DNA of 63,979 nt, counting the filler, from an uncultured bacterium (GTDB lineage Bacteria > CAYSBA01): NCBI GenBank assembly GCA_964429075.1. It is 9 parts of 9 records of this genome, joined end to end, with 100 filler letters (N's around TTAATTAATTAA, not from the genome) between each part and the next. Parts side by side here need not be neighbours in the genome. Positions count along the whole stretch, not along the records: positions 7,536 to 14,936 come from CAYSBA010000055.1; positions 15,037 to 22,379 come from CAYSBA010000056.1; 7 more parts are not named here. The stretch is one strand, 5' to 3'. The notes below the pieces were generated by a model. It was given only the letters and a program-made list of their open reading frames with translations, was not told the DNA's origin and ran no database searches. Shown here in pieces: positions 10,108 to 19,234 of this stretch. Numbering within the stretch: the first letter of the stretch is position 1; the number at the start of each line of letters is the position of its first letter. The position numbers and the translations under genes were made by a program.

Positions 10108-10567
10108 GTAGAAAAAGTCCAGTCCCAATTCTGTAGATCCTCTTTAAAAGATTATACCAGACCATCAGACATAAACGAATAAGACCCTTTAATCTCTCAA
10201 CAGGTGTATCCAGATTGTACACTGTTCCATCCTCTCTTATTATCCTATCGAGGATACCAACAACAGCTTCCTTAGGCCATGGTTTGTCAAACGATCTTAG
10301 ATTGTCACCTATGGTTATTATATATCCATCGGTTGTGTATTGGACAGTCCTGTGCAGGATTAGATTTCCCTTATCAAAAAGTAGTGCGATTTGTCCTGGT
10401 AGAGGCTCATAGGGTCTCTTTTGTCTCAATATTACCCTGTCTCCATTCTTTATTGTAGGAGACATACTCTGACCCCTTGCTATCATCGTAGCATGTCCAT
10501 TTTTTTTCAGATTTTCAACAAAAAGTGTTGTGTAGGGGTCATTTTCAGGGTGGTACTTCTTTGCCAT
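10100..10567 (-). CDS. S24/S26 family peptidase
   Basis: GQSMSPTIKNGD catalytic Ser, LILHR, IGDN. Confidence 0.75.
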   Translation of the reverse strand: MAKKYHPENDPYTTLFVENLKKNGHATMIARGQSMSPTIKNGDRVILRQKRPYEPLPGQIALLFDKGNLILHRTVQYTTDGYIITIGDNLRSFDKPWPKEAVVGILDRIIREDGTVYNLDTPVERLKGLIRLCLMVWYNLLKRIYRIGTGLFLPT

Positions 10568-12035
10568 CTTCTTTCTGTTTTTTTCTGTATTCCTCTATCA
10601 CCTTGACAAATATATCTACAACTTCAGGATCAAACTGTGTACCGGCATTCTTTTTTAACTCCTCTATGGCTTTTTTATGTTTTAGGGCCTTTCTGTAGGC
10701 CCTGTCAGAGGTCATTGCATCGTAGGCATCGGTTACCATTATTATTCTACTCATAAGTGGGATTTCTTCTCCCTTTAATCCCTCCGGGTAACCCCGTCCA
10801 TCCATCCTCTCGTGATGATAGTATGCTCCGGGTATCAGATCTTTTAAAAATGCAAGTGGTTCAAGTATCTTTTTACTTATAACAACATGTTCCTTAAACA
10901 TCTTGTATTCCTTTTCGGTAAGTGAACCGGGTTTGTCAAGCTCCTCCTGACGGATACCTATCTTACCAATGTCGTGTAGCAATGCAGCGTTGTAGACTGT
11001 ATCGATCTCATCTTCACTCATACCCATTGCCTCTGCAATGAGTTTTGAATAGATTGCAACCCGCTGTGAATGACCTCTTGTGTAGGGATGTTTTGCCTCT
11101 AAAGCAATACAAAGGGCTTGGATTGCCTGCCTGAAGGTCTTTTGCATATCTTCATATAGCCTTGCATTTTCTATTGATGCTGCAATTCTTCCGGCTACAA
11201 CTGAAAGCATCTTTCTCTGCCCCTCTCTAAAGAGGTTGCTCTTGGAGAAAGAGTATACATTTAACATTCCAATAATCTTGTCTTTGATAATAAGCGGCAC
11301 TGATATGAATGAATTCATCATCTTTTGTTTGTGATAGTTTTTGAAAAAGGTCTTGCATTCTTCATGGTGAAATAGTACAGGCTGGTCTTTCTGAAAGAGT
11401 TCTTCGATGGCCTCGAAGTTTACCTGATCTATTCCCGGTGGCTCTATATCTTCATATGTGCTTTTTGATATGACTTTACTGTATTTGATCCCCTGCCGAT
11501 CCTTCAAGAACAGACTGATTGCTTCAAATTCAGGCTCTTTAGTAAGTACATCGAGTATATTTTTGATGATTTCTTTTATGGGTTTGTCTGGTGTCATTTT
11601 CTCTGAGACTTCGTAGATCTTAAGTGCCTCCTTGAGGTGTATATTCTGTTTTTTTAGCTCATACTGTTCAATCCCTCTTTTTACAATATGCAGGACCTCT
11701 TCGATACGAAATGGCTTTAATATGTAGTCGTATGCTCCCTTTTTCATTGCATCTATTGCAGATTCTACCGTGCCATAACCGGTCATAACTATCATCACCA
11801 TGTCTTTGTGGACCTTTCTGGCCTCATCAAGGAGTTCAAGCCCATCCATCTTAGGCATTTTTAGATCGGTTATCATCATATGAAACTGCTTTTTCTTCAG
11901 AATTTCGAGGGCTTCGTCTCCATTATGAGCGGTTTTTACATCAAAACCACTCTCTGTTAGAAAGTCAGAAAGTATTTCACAGATTACTACCTCATCATCT
12001 ACAACAAGGATCCTTGGATTTTCGTTCCTTTTCAT
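10545..12035 (-). CDS. Response regulator with REC-GAF-HD-GYP domains (cyclic dinucleotide phosphodiesterase)
   Basis: ILVVDDE/TDLKMP/KPF receiver; FISVPL..IGMLNV..IENARLY GAF; GHSQRV, HDIGKIG, HHERMDGRGYP. Confidence 0.92.
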   Translation of the reverse strand: MKRNENPRILVVDDEVVICEILSDFLTESGFDVKTAHNGDEALEILKKKQFHMMITDLKMPKMDGLELLDEARKVHKDMVMIVMTGYGTVESAIDAMKKGAYDYILKPFRIEEVLHIVKRGIEQYELKKQNIHLKEALKIYEVSEKMTPDKPIKEIIKNILDVLTKEPEFEAISLFLKDRQGIKYSKVISKSTYEDIEPPGIDQVNFEAIEELFQKDQPVLFHHEECKTFFKNYHKQKMMNSFISVPLIIKDKIIGMLNVYSFSKSNLFREGQRKMLSVVAGRIAASIENARLYEDMQKTFRQAIQALCIALEAKHPYTRGHSQRVAIYSKLIAEAMGMSEDEIDTVYNAALLHDIGKIGIRQEELDKPGSLTEKEYKMFKEHVVISKKILEPLAFLKDLIPGAYYHHERMDGRGYPEGLKGEEIPLMSRIIMVTDAYDAMTSDRAYRKALKHKKAIEELKKNAGTQFDPEVVDIFVKVIEEYRKKQKEDGKEVPP

Positions 12036-12106
12036 AGCAATTAATTGTTTTTTAAGACTCTATGATCTAAGTTTTATAAGGCCAGATTGATTCTATGTCA
12101 ATTTTA

Positions 12107-12604
12107 TCACCTTACTATATTAAAGACAGCACCCTTTAACACCGATAGGGGTTGGGAACCGATAAAAACTTTTTGTACAACCATATTTTTATCAATCACT
12201 ACAAAGGTCGGGAAGGATGAGATTGGTACATCCTCTAACGCAATTACTACATTGAGATATCTTATACCTTTACGCTTGAGAAGGGATAAGATTCCAGATA
12301 GAGCACCAGGTCCATCGAGATTTACAGCAAAAAGACCTAACCCTACATCATTTAACTGGACAGAGAGGGATTCCATATCTTTTAATTCTGAAACACATAT
12401 TGGACAACCGAGTGACCAGAACATTACAATAGATGGTCTCCTGATTAGATTGGAGAACTTTTTTTGATTCATTTTTAGATCTATTAATTTAAAATCCTCC
12501 AATGGTTTGTTGATTACGGGCAGTTTTGCAGGCAGAGGTGATCCTACATACAAAAGATATAAGAAGCCTGATATGGCAAGTATGAGGGCTATCCTTACAC
12601 TCAA
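12107..12604 (-). CDS. Membrane-anchored TlpA/thioredoxin-like disulfide reductase
   Basis: N-terminal TM segment, FWSLGCPICVSE (CxxC), FPTFVVID. Confidence 0.78.
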   Translation of the reverse strand: MSVRIALILAISGFLYLLYVGSPLPAKLPVINKPLEDFKLIDLKMNQKKFSNLIRRPSIVMFWSLGCPICVSELKDMESLSVQLNDVGLGLFAVNLDGPGALSGILSLLKRKGIRYLNVVIALEDVPISSFPTFVVIDKNMVVQKVFIGSQPLSVLKGAVFNIVR

Positions 12605-13236
12605 TGGATTATGTCTTTTGTTTTTGCTAATCTTATGCCTCTTTCTGTAAGACTATTTATAATTTCTTCTATCTTACCCGGATCCACGGCCTTTGTACAA
12701 TCCTGTATAACAGTAACATATGAGTTTTCACCAAGGATCTTCTTAGAAGAAAGTGCTGCAGCCTTTACACAATAATCAAGTGCCACCCCAACTATAAAGA
12801 CCATACTTGGGGATAGCCTCTTTAAAATCTTCGAAAATGCTGGATTGTCTGAGGGGTCAAAGGTGGATTTTTCTAATAATATCTGTTGGTATTGTGTGAT
12901 ATTATCTAAATCTATCTCTCCATCAATATCAACCAGAAGGGTATTTTTGAAGAGGGTATCTTTTATTTTTTTGTGTCCTTGTGTGCCCTTAACACAGTGT
13001 GGCGGAAAACCATAATGCCTGAATTCAGGATCATCATGAGTATGGGTATCTAAGGTGGACAGGATATACCAGTTGTTTTCCTTTGCATAAGTCAGTATTT
13101 TTTTTAAATTATCAATAATCTCGATTGCATCTTTTACATACAGAGAACCTTCTGGATCCATGAAGTCATACTGGGTGTCCACATCTATAATTAAAGTATC
13201 TTTTTTAGCTTCATAACTCATCTTCAGAAAGCTCAT
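12601..13236 (-). CDS. pncA: Nicotinamidase / isochorismatase-family cysteine hydrolase
   Basis: DVDTQYDFM..GSL, DTH, FPPHCVKGT, GVALDYCV. Confidence 0.85.
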   Translation of the reverse strand: MSFLKMSYEAKKDTLIIDVDTQYDFMDPEGSLYVKDAIEIIDNLKKILTYAKENNWYILSTLDTHTHDDPEFRHYGFPPHCVKGTQGHKKIKDTLFKNTLLVDIDGEIDLDNITQYQQILLEKSTFDPSDNPAFSKILKRLSPSMVFIVGVALDYCVKAAALSSKKILGENSYVTVIQDCTKAVDPGKIEEIINSLTERGIRLAKTKDIIH

Positions 13237-13813
13237 TCAACAAATCCCTGTAGTAGTCTTCGAAGAAGTGAGTGATTCGGTCGCAAAGGCTCCCTGTTAA
13301 AGTAGATGCAGATTCAAGGAAATCGAAATCGAGGAACAGTAGGCTTATTTCAGAGTCAAGTACATGTATTGCAGGGAAGGATTTTGATTTTATCGGTTTT
13401 GAAAGATCAATCCTTATGAACCCATCTATATCCTTTATCTTTTTGACAAGATCTTCAATTTCTAAAAAGAGTTCAAATTGCATGGGTGAACTCAACTGTG
13501 CAATAAGACCATCTTTGTATCTACTCAGCTCATCCAGAATTGGTCTTCTACTCAACCAGAGTGTATATTCTGGGAAATCTTCAAGACCGTTGACAACTGT
13601 ATCTATGAGTCGATTTATGAGATGATCCAATCTTTCAGGATCTCTATCAACTCCGGTTAATGTAAGGTCAAACAGAAATGTTGGTGCGTCGTTTATCAGT
13701 TCATTCCTATCAATAGAGGAGGCATTATCAAGAGAAGGATCAATTCCCCTGTTCATCAGCAGATCCTGAATTATAGAAAGAAGTCTGTTATGTTCATTGA
13801 GTCTTTTTTTCAT
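13211..13813 (-). CDS. Hypothetical protein
   Basis: 200-aa ORF co-oriented with and overlapping its neighbours; no motif recognised. Confidence 0.65.
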   Translation of the reverse strand: MKKRLNEHNRLLSIIQDLLMNRGIDPSLDNASSIDRNELINDAPTFLFDLTLTGVDRDPERLDHLINRLIDTVVNGLEDFPEYTLWLSRRPILDELSRYKDGLIAQLSSPMQFELFLEIEDLVKKIKDIDGFIRIDLSKPIKSKSFPAIHVLDSEISLLFLDFDFLESASTLTGSLCDRITHFFEDYYRDLLNELSEDEL

Positions 13814-13847
13814 CTCAATTTAGATATAACAATTATTTGATCATATT

Positions 13848-14936
13848 TCAATGCCTTATTAAAACTGGCATCCTATCTGTCCATATCATCCTATATAGAT
13901 ACCCACTGTTAAAAACATAAAATAATCCATATTCATTAATTAGGGCAGAGGATGTAAAGGCCCTATCAGGATAGGCAACCCCACTAATAGGATTCAAAAC
14001 AAAGATGGTTTTACCAAGCGCAAGATCGATCACAAAGATTGGTCCAGCAAAATTTGAAACTACACACCTTGTACCATATACACTTACATCATCTGGCAAT
14101 TTTAAGCCCACTGCAGGTATGCTTTTTATGACAACACCAGAAGGATCTAAGATTGTAATGCCATCACGAACAGGGATTAAAATTTTGTAATTATAACCTG
14201 CTGGCTTACCCAATTTGATCTGAAATTTTCTGCTCCAGTTGATCCTGAGATCGTAGCTTATAGATGTGATCTTTTGATCATCGCACACAGCTACAAGCTG
14301 TGAAATTTCTTTTATCTCTGTTAGCCAGATCAACTGTGAGTTACAGATTTTAATATAATCTTTGACATCTCCATTTTTAGGATTAATTAACACAAGATTA
14401 CCGTCCCGCCTTGGATAAAAAAGGAAATCTCCAGCAGCGATTGGAGCAGGGTCTGGGATGACTGGTTGATAATCTATTGCAGGGCCATCTAAGTTCCATA
14501 TTTCCTTTAAGTCTTTTTGATTTATTGCGATCATACCACCATTTATAGTACCAAAGATCAAAAGATCTTTGTATCTGACTATATCGGTAAGGGCAGTTGT
14601 GTCGAGTTCGGCAGTGTTGAGTATCTTTCCAGTTGTAATATCTAACTTTAACAGTCTGCCGTCTGCACACAATAAAAAGATATTTTTATCCATGATAAAT
14701 GGCCTGGCATAGCAGAAAATTCCAAGATCTCTTTTCCACAGTATTGTGCCATCGGTCTTTTTAACTAGGGAGATTGTATCGGCTGCAGTTACAATAAGAC
14801 CGTATCTGGAATCTGTAATCTTTGGCAAAGATAATTTCTGGTAGCCCTTTGAGTTAGGATTAAAGACTTTCGTTTCCCAGAGGGTCCTGTAAGATTTTTT
14901 CCAGCTTCTTTTTAAAGAATCAGTAAAGGCACTTTC
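13848..14936 (-). CDS. PQQ-like beta-propeller protein (BamB-like), 5' truncated
   Basis: Repeated G.L..LD..TG...W blades; frame open to the contig edge. Confidence 0.72.
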   Translation of the reverse strand, partial: ESAFTDSLKRSWKKSYRTLWETKVFNPNSKGYQKLSLPKITDSRYGLIVTAADTISLVKKTDGTILWKRDLGIFCYARPFIMDKNIFLLCADGRLLKLDITTGKILNTAELDTTALTDIVRYKDLLIFGTINGGMIAINQKDLKEIWNLDGPAIDYQPVIPDPAPIAAGDFLFYPRRDGNLVLINPKNGDVKDYIKICNSQLIWLTEIKEISQLVAVCDDQKITSISYDLRINWSRKFQIKLGKPAGYNYKILIPVRDGITILDPSGVVIKSIPAVGLKLPDDVSVYGTRCVVSNFAGPIFVIDLALGKTIFVLNPISGVAYPDRAFTSSALINEYGLFYVFNSGYLYRMIWTDRMPVLIRH

Positions 14937-15036
14937 NNNNNNNNNNNNNNNNNNNNNNNNNNNNNNNNNNNNNNNNNNNNTTAATTAATTAANNNNNNNN
15001 NNNNNNNNNNNNNNNNNNNNNNNNNNNNNNNNNNNN
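14937..15036. other. Artificial contig-joining linker
   Basis: N44-TTAATTAATTAA-N44. Confidence 0.98.
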
Positions 15037-15136
15037 TTATCCAGGTCTCAATGAGTTTATTAATCTTTCCTAAATCCTCCTTTTCCAGGTCTGGATCTAA
15101 AATATAGACCATCTCATAGGTCTTTATTTTTCCCAT
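15037..15136 (-). CDS. rpsF: 30S ribosomal protein S6, N-terminal fragment (not in ORF track)
   Basis: My translation is MGKIKTYEMVYILDPDLEKEDLGKINKLIETWI, which matches the S6 YE...IL.PDL start; AGGAG RBS upstream. Confidence 0.82.
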
Positions 15137-15282
15137 AACTAACTCCTACTTTTATGCTGTTTTATATACCAAAAGCAGTGAGTCTTTTTCGCACAAAAAC
15201 AGCTTTGTGTCAATACCTCTTTTTATCACAAAAAAGGTTGAACTTTAAAACTGGTTGTGTTATTAGGTCATCTCGGTTTTGC

Positions 15283-15356
15283 TGGGGGATCGTCTAACGG
15301 CAGGACAGCAGACTCTGGATCTGCTTATCCAGGTTCGAATCCTGGTCCCCCAGCCA
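15283..15356 (+). tRNA. tRNA-Gln (anticodon CTG)
   Basis: Acceptor stem TGGGGGA/TCCCCCA, anticodon arm GCAGA-CTCTGGA-TCTGC, T-loop GGTTCGAATCC, encoded CCA. Confidence 0.96.
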
Positions 15357-15360
15357 TTTT

Positions 15361-15432
15361 GGCCCCATAGTCTAGCGGTTAGGACACCGGGCTCTCAATC
15401 CGGAGACGGGGGTTCGATTCCCCCTGGGGTCA
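15361..15432 (+). tRNA. tRNA-Glu (anticodon CTC)
   Basis: Acceptor GGCCCCA/TGGGGTC, anticodon arm CCGGG-CTCTCAA-TCCGG, GGTTCGATTCC; CCA not encoded. Confidence 0.95.
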
Positions 15433-15448
15433 CTTCCTTTTTTCACGA

Positions 15449-17821
15449 GTGAGGCTAATGTCTGTCGCCACTAGTCCTGAAGCAAAACGAATAATAAAAG
15501 GTGCTGCAAAGATAGCTCAGGTTACCGGAACAACTCCAAACACACTGCATCTTTTGCTATCTTTATTGGTTGTATCAAAAGAGGCCTCTAAACTACTCTA
15601 TGATGAAGGTATTGAATTAGAAAATGTACTATCATATTTTAATAAACTCACAGAAAAGATAGACAAACGCTTTGAAACCGAGCAGGAGATGAAACGAATT
15701 GCCACAAAAAGGGGTGACAAGATAGCTGACTCACTCCATCTTTTGATTGCTTTATGCAATACAAAAGATTCTATAGTACATAAAATCTTTCATGACTCCG
15801 GCATAAATATGGCATCCCTTATCAGAAAGATATATGGCCTGCTTGCAACAAAAGAGCTTCGACGTTACCAGAAAGATCACAGTAAAAAAGAGGATGAATC
15901 ACTTAATGAACTCTTAAAAAGATTATCTCTATTTCAAAAAAAGACAAACAAAAGAAGTTTGCAGTCAACCCTATATAGAAAACTCGATATTAAACACCCT
16001 CAAAAAGAAAAGAGAGATAAAAAGGAAAGTAGGGATACAACCTCTGAACCCCCAAGAAAATTGCACACCTCAAAAGAGGTAGCAGTAAAAGAGATCTCAG
16101 TACTCGACCAGATGACAACAGATCTTACCAAGCTGGCAGAAGAAGGAAGGATTGGAAGGATCCTTGGTAGAGATGAGGAGATTTCACAGCTGATCGAGAT
16201 ACTATCAAAAAGGTTCTCAAACAATCCAATCCTGATAGGCCCTCCTGGTGTTGGTAAAACTGCAATCGTAGAAGGACTCGCAAAGGCCTGTGCTGTGGAT
16301 AATATCTTTGATAGTAAAAACAAAAAAAGGATACTCAAGCTTGATGTTGGGAGCATCCTTGCAGGCACTCAATACAGAGGCAGCCTCTCAGAAAAACTAA
16401 AGGCCCTGATCAAAGAGGTAGAAAAAAATAAAGATAGTGTTGTTCTTTTTATAGACGAAATACACACAATAATAGGGAGTGGAGCCGTTGGTGAATCAGC
16501 CTACGATGTTGCAAATGAGCTCAAACAGGCCCTTGCAAGAGGAAGTTTCCCCTGCATTGGCGCCACAACCGACAAAGAATACAAAAAATACTTCACAAAG
16601 GATTCGGCCTTTGCAAGAAGGTTTACACCTATTGTTGTCAAAGAGCCCTCAAAAGAAGCTGCATTAACTATCCTGCTCGGTATAAAAGAGGAATTTGAAG
16701 AACACCACAATGTCAAAATCGACAAAGATGCAATTGAACTAATCCTTGATCTGAGTATCTCATTTATTCCTGATCGCTTTCTACCTGACAAGGCAGTATC
16801 AATTCTTGATCAGGCATGCGCCAGAGCAAAGAGACTCGGTCAAAAATCTCTAAAAAGTGATACAATATACAGTGTAGTATCAGATCTCAGTGGACTGCCA
16901 GTTTCACTTTTGACCCTCGATATAAAAGATCAAATAAAAAGACTGACTACCCATCTTAAAGACCATATCTTCGGACAGGATGAAGCCATTGATGGGATTG
17001 TAAAGATCATCAAAAAAGGATTTGCAGCAAGATCACGAAACAAACCACTTGCGAGTGTCTTACTTGCAGGACCAACAGGTACTGGAAAGACTGAGACAGC
17101 AAAACGGATAGCAGAGGCTCTTTTTGGCGACAGTTCAAGATTGCTACGAGTTGACATGGCAGAATTCTCAGAGTCTCATTCTGTGTCGCGAATGGTAGGA
17201 TCACCACCCGGATATGTTGGACATGGTGATACAGAATCGATATTTGCTCCACTTAAAAAACAGCCCTTTTCTGTTGTCTTGATTGATGAGCTCGAAAAGG
17301 CCCATCCAAAAGTAATTACCTCTCTACTTTCTATCCTTGATAATGGACAGTTGATGCTTTCAGATGGTGATATCATCCATTTTAACACCTCTATCATTAT
17401 AATGACAACAAATGCAGGTTCTGAATTACTTGAGATGGGGAATGAGATTGCAATCGGATTTGACACAACACAAGAGGAAAAGGNNNNNNNNNNGATAAAT
17501 GGAATATTTATATACCATCATCTTAACAAAAAGGCAGCACAAAAGGCGTTTAATCTCATGATTAAAGAGGCCACAGAAGATTTGAAACACTCATGGAATG
17601 TAGATTTTGAATTGGAAGATGACCTTTATGAAAAGATAATAAATACATACCTTTCCAACAAACAAGAGGGCCTGAGGCAGATGAGACACTGGCTTGAAAA
17701 CAGTGTGGTTTCTCTTTTAGTCGAAGCCCTTATAGATGGAGACTTGAAACCGGACAACAAGGTGATTATATACACAAACAAAGAAGGGAGACTGGACTTT
17801 AAAGAGGTACAAGATGCATGA
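15449..17821 (+). CDS. ATP-dependent Clp protease ATP-binding subunit (ClpA/ClpC-like); spans a 10-N gap at 17484-17493
   Basis: Clp-N repeats, GPPGVGKT/LFIDEIH, GPTGTGKT/LIDELEKAH, GSPPGYVG, ClpP-docking IGF loop. Confidence 0.9.
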   Translation: MRLMSVATSPEAKRIIKGAAKIAQVTGTTPNTLHLLLSLLVVSKEASKLLYDEGIELENVLSYFNKLTEKIDKRFETEQEMKRIATKRGDKIADSLHLLIALCNTKDSIVHKIFHDSGINMASLIRKIYGLLATKELRRYQKDHSKKEDESLNELLKRLSLFQKKTNKRSLQSTLYRKLDIKHPQKEKRDKKESRDTTSEPPRKLHTSKEVAVKEISVLDQMTTDLTKLAEEGRIGRILGRDEEISQLIEILSKRFSNNPILIGPPGVGKTAIVEGLAKACAVDNIFDSKNKKRILKLDVGSILAGTQYRGSLSEKLKALIKEVEKNKDSVVLFIDEIHTIIGSGAVGESAYDVANELKQALARGSFPCIGATTDKEYKKYFTKDSAFARRFTPIVVKEPSKEAALTILLGIKEEFEEHHNVKIDKDAIELILDLSISFIPDRFLPDKAVSILDQACARAKRLGQKSLKSDTIYSVVSDLSGLPVSLLTLDIKDQIKRLTTHLKDHIFGQDEAIDGIVKIIKKGFAARSRNKPLASVLLAGPTGTGKTETAKRIAEALFGDSSRLLRVDMAEFSESHSVSRMVGSPPGYVGHGDTESIFAPLKKQPFSVVLIDELEKAHPKVITSLLSILDNGQLMLSDGDIIHFNTSIIIMTTNAGSELLEMGNEIAIGFDTTQEEKXXXXINGIFIYHHLNKKAAQKAFNLMIKEATEDLKHSWNVDFELEDDLYEKIINTYLSNKQEGLRQMRHWLENSVVSLLVEALIDGDLKPDNKVIIYTNKEGRLDFKEVQDA

Positions 17822-18605
17822 AGAGATAAGATTTTCATACAGTGAATTACAACAACTTAATCAGCGAATCAAGACAGAACTATCAAAGGATAGGGCATTA
17901 AATACTCTGTTTCATAGAAGATTGGATATAGCCCGCATCTTCAACCACAACATGCTCGAGGGAACAGTTCTTGAATACGAAGATATCGAGGTCTTTTTCA
18001 GTGATAAGGTTATAACCGATGAAAATCTAACTCCATCATATTATACAATAAAAAACTATCTTGAGGCAATTAACTATCTGAGGGGTCTGAGGAGTCACAA
18101 AAAAGAATTTACATTAGAAGTTTTTTCTGAAATACACAAAATACTGAGACAGAATATGTGGAACAGGGATCCAGAAGGACAATTCAGGACCAGAATGCCT
18201 CTGCATAAAAGATATTTTCATTCTGTTGTAGAACCCTCCAAGATAGTGCCAAGGCTAAAGAGCCTTGCAAAGGCAATAAACACAAACCTTGAGATACCAA
18301 GGGTCCATCCTGTTGATTTTAGTATCGAGGTACATTTAAAGTTCTTAAGGATCTATCCCTTTGAAGTAGACTCTGGCAAGATAGCAAGGATTCTGATGAA
18401 TCACATACTTGAGAGCTTTGGATACATCCCCTTTATAATAAATGGTACTGAAAGACAGACCTATTACGACCGTGTCAACAGGGCTTTAATGAAAAAAGAT
18501 GAAGGTGCCTTTTCATACTTTTTAAACAAAATCATGGAACACTACCATGCCTCAATTAGACTTATTGAAGAGCTAAAAAAGGAGCTTGAATCAGAAAGGA
18601 TATAA
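17814..18605 (+). CDS. Fic-domain protein with non-canonical active site
   Basis: HNMLEGT (inhibitory-helix-like), GQFR, and IYPFEVDSGKIARIL in place of HPFxDGNGRxxR. Confidence 0.82.
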   Translation: MHEEIRFSYSELQQLNQRIKTELSKDRALNTLFHRRLDIARIFNHNMLEGTVLEYEDIEVFFSDKVITDENLTPSYYTIKNYLEAINYLRGLRSHKKEFTLEVFSEIHKILRQNMWNRDPEGQFRTRMPLHKRYFHSVVEPSKIVPRLKSLAKAINTNLEIPRVHPVDFSIEVHLKFLRIYPFEVDSGKIARILMNHILESFGYIPFIINGTERQTYYDRVNRALMKKDEGAFSYFLNKIMEHYHASIRLIEELKKELESERI

Positions 18606-18613
18606 AATATAAG

Positions 18614-19234
18614 ATGCAGCAGATTGACTTAAGTAAGATTATAGATACGATACAAAGTACACCTTTTTACAACCTCAATTCAACCCATTCCGGCGGACAA
18701 GCTGCAAGAAAATTCCTTTTGAATGAAAAGAAAAGGATAAAAGATCTATTAAATCTTACAGAAACCCAAATTGTTGTGTTTACGAGGTCTTATGTTGAAG
18801 CTGTTGCCATATCAGTTGGGATTAGAAATTCGCATATATTCTGTTCGTCTGAAAGAATCCATAATCTGTTAAAAAAGACAGAAACTATTTTTTGCCTGGG
18901 CTGGTTAATAGACCTTAAAAAGGGTAATGGGCATGAAGATACTTTTGAAATCTGGGATGGGGGGAAAAGTGTGAGGAGAATCTGGATACCTCAACTCTTT
19001 AACATGAACACAAAAGATTACAATAGGTTAATAACAGAATATACAGTTGTCCTTGGACCAAGATCGGTTGGTGCAAGGTATGGTGCATGTGTTATTAACC
19101 CACCCGATGAGCAGATATTTCCAGGTGCAGTATATGAAAAGGGATATGTGGCAGGAACGCCTTCACTGTGGATGATAAAACACTTTACTGAGGCGCTCTA
19201 TCTGCACCTTGATTCTGTTCATACCAATCCCTGA
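18614..19234 (+). CDS. Degenerate cysteine desulfurase (IscS/NifS)-like protein, probably non-catalytic
   Basis: YNLNSTHSGGQAAR, IVVFTRSYVEA and AGTPSL align by eye to NifS motifs; PLP-Lys (HK) motif and C-terminal Cys domain are absent. Confidence 0.6.
   Translation: MQQIDLSKIIDTIQSTPFYNLNSTHSGGQAARKFLLNEKKRIKDLLNLTETQIVVFTRSYVEAVAISVGIRNSHIFCSSERIHNLLKKTETIFCLGWLIDLKKGNGHEDTFEIWDGGKSVRRIWIPQLFNMNTKDYNRLITEYTVVLGPRSVGARYGACVINPPDEQIFPGAVYEKGYVAGTPSLWMIKHFTEALYLHLDSVHTNP

Noticed and set aside
10680-10740. HD-GYP protein as a cGAMP-specific PmxA-type enzyme
   Set aside because: The motif reads DRAYR, with the basic residue associated with c-di-GMP recognition; no positive evidence for cGAMP
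15283-19234. Genomic island or toxin-antitoxin module integrated at the tRNAs
   Set aside because: No integrase, att duplication, antitoxin ORF or visible compositional shift
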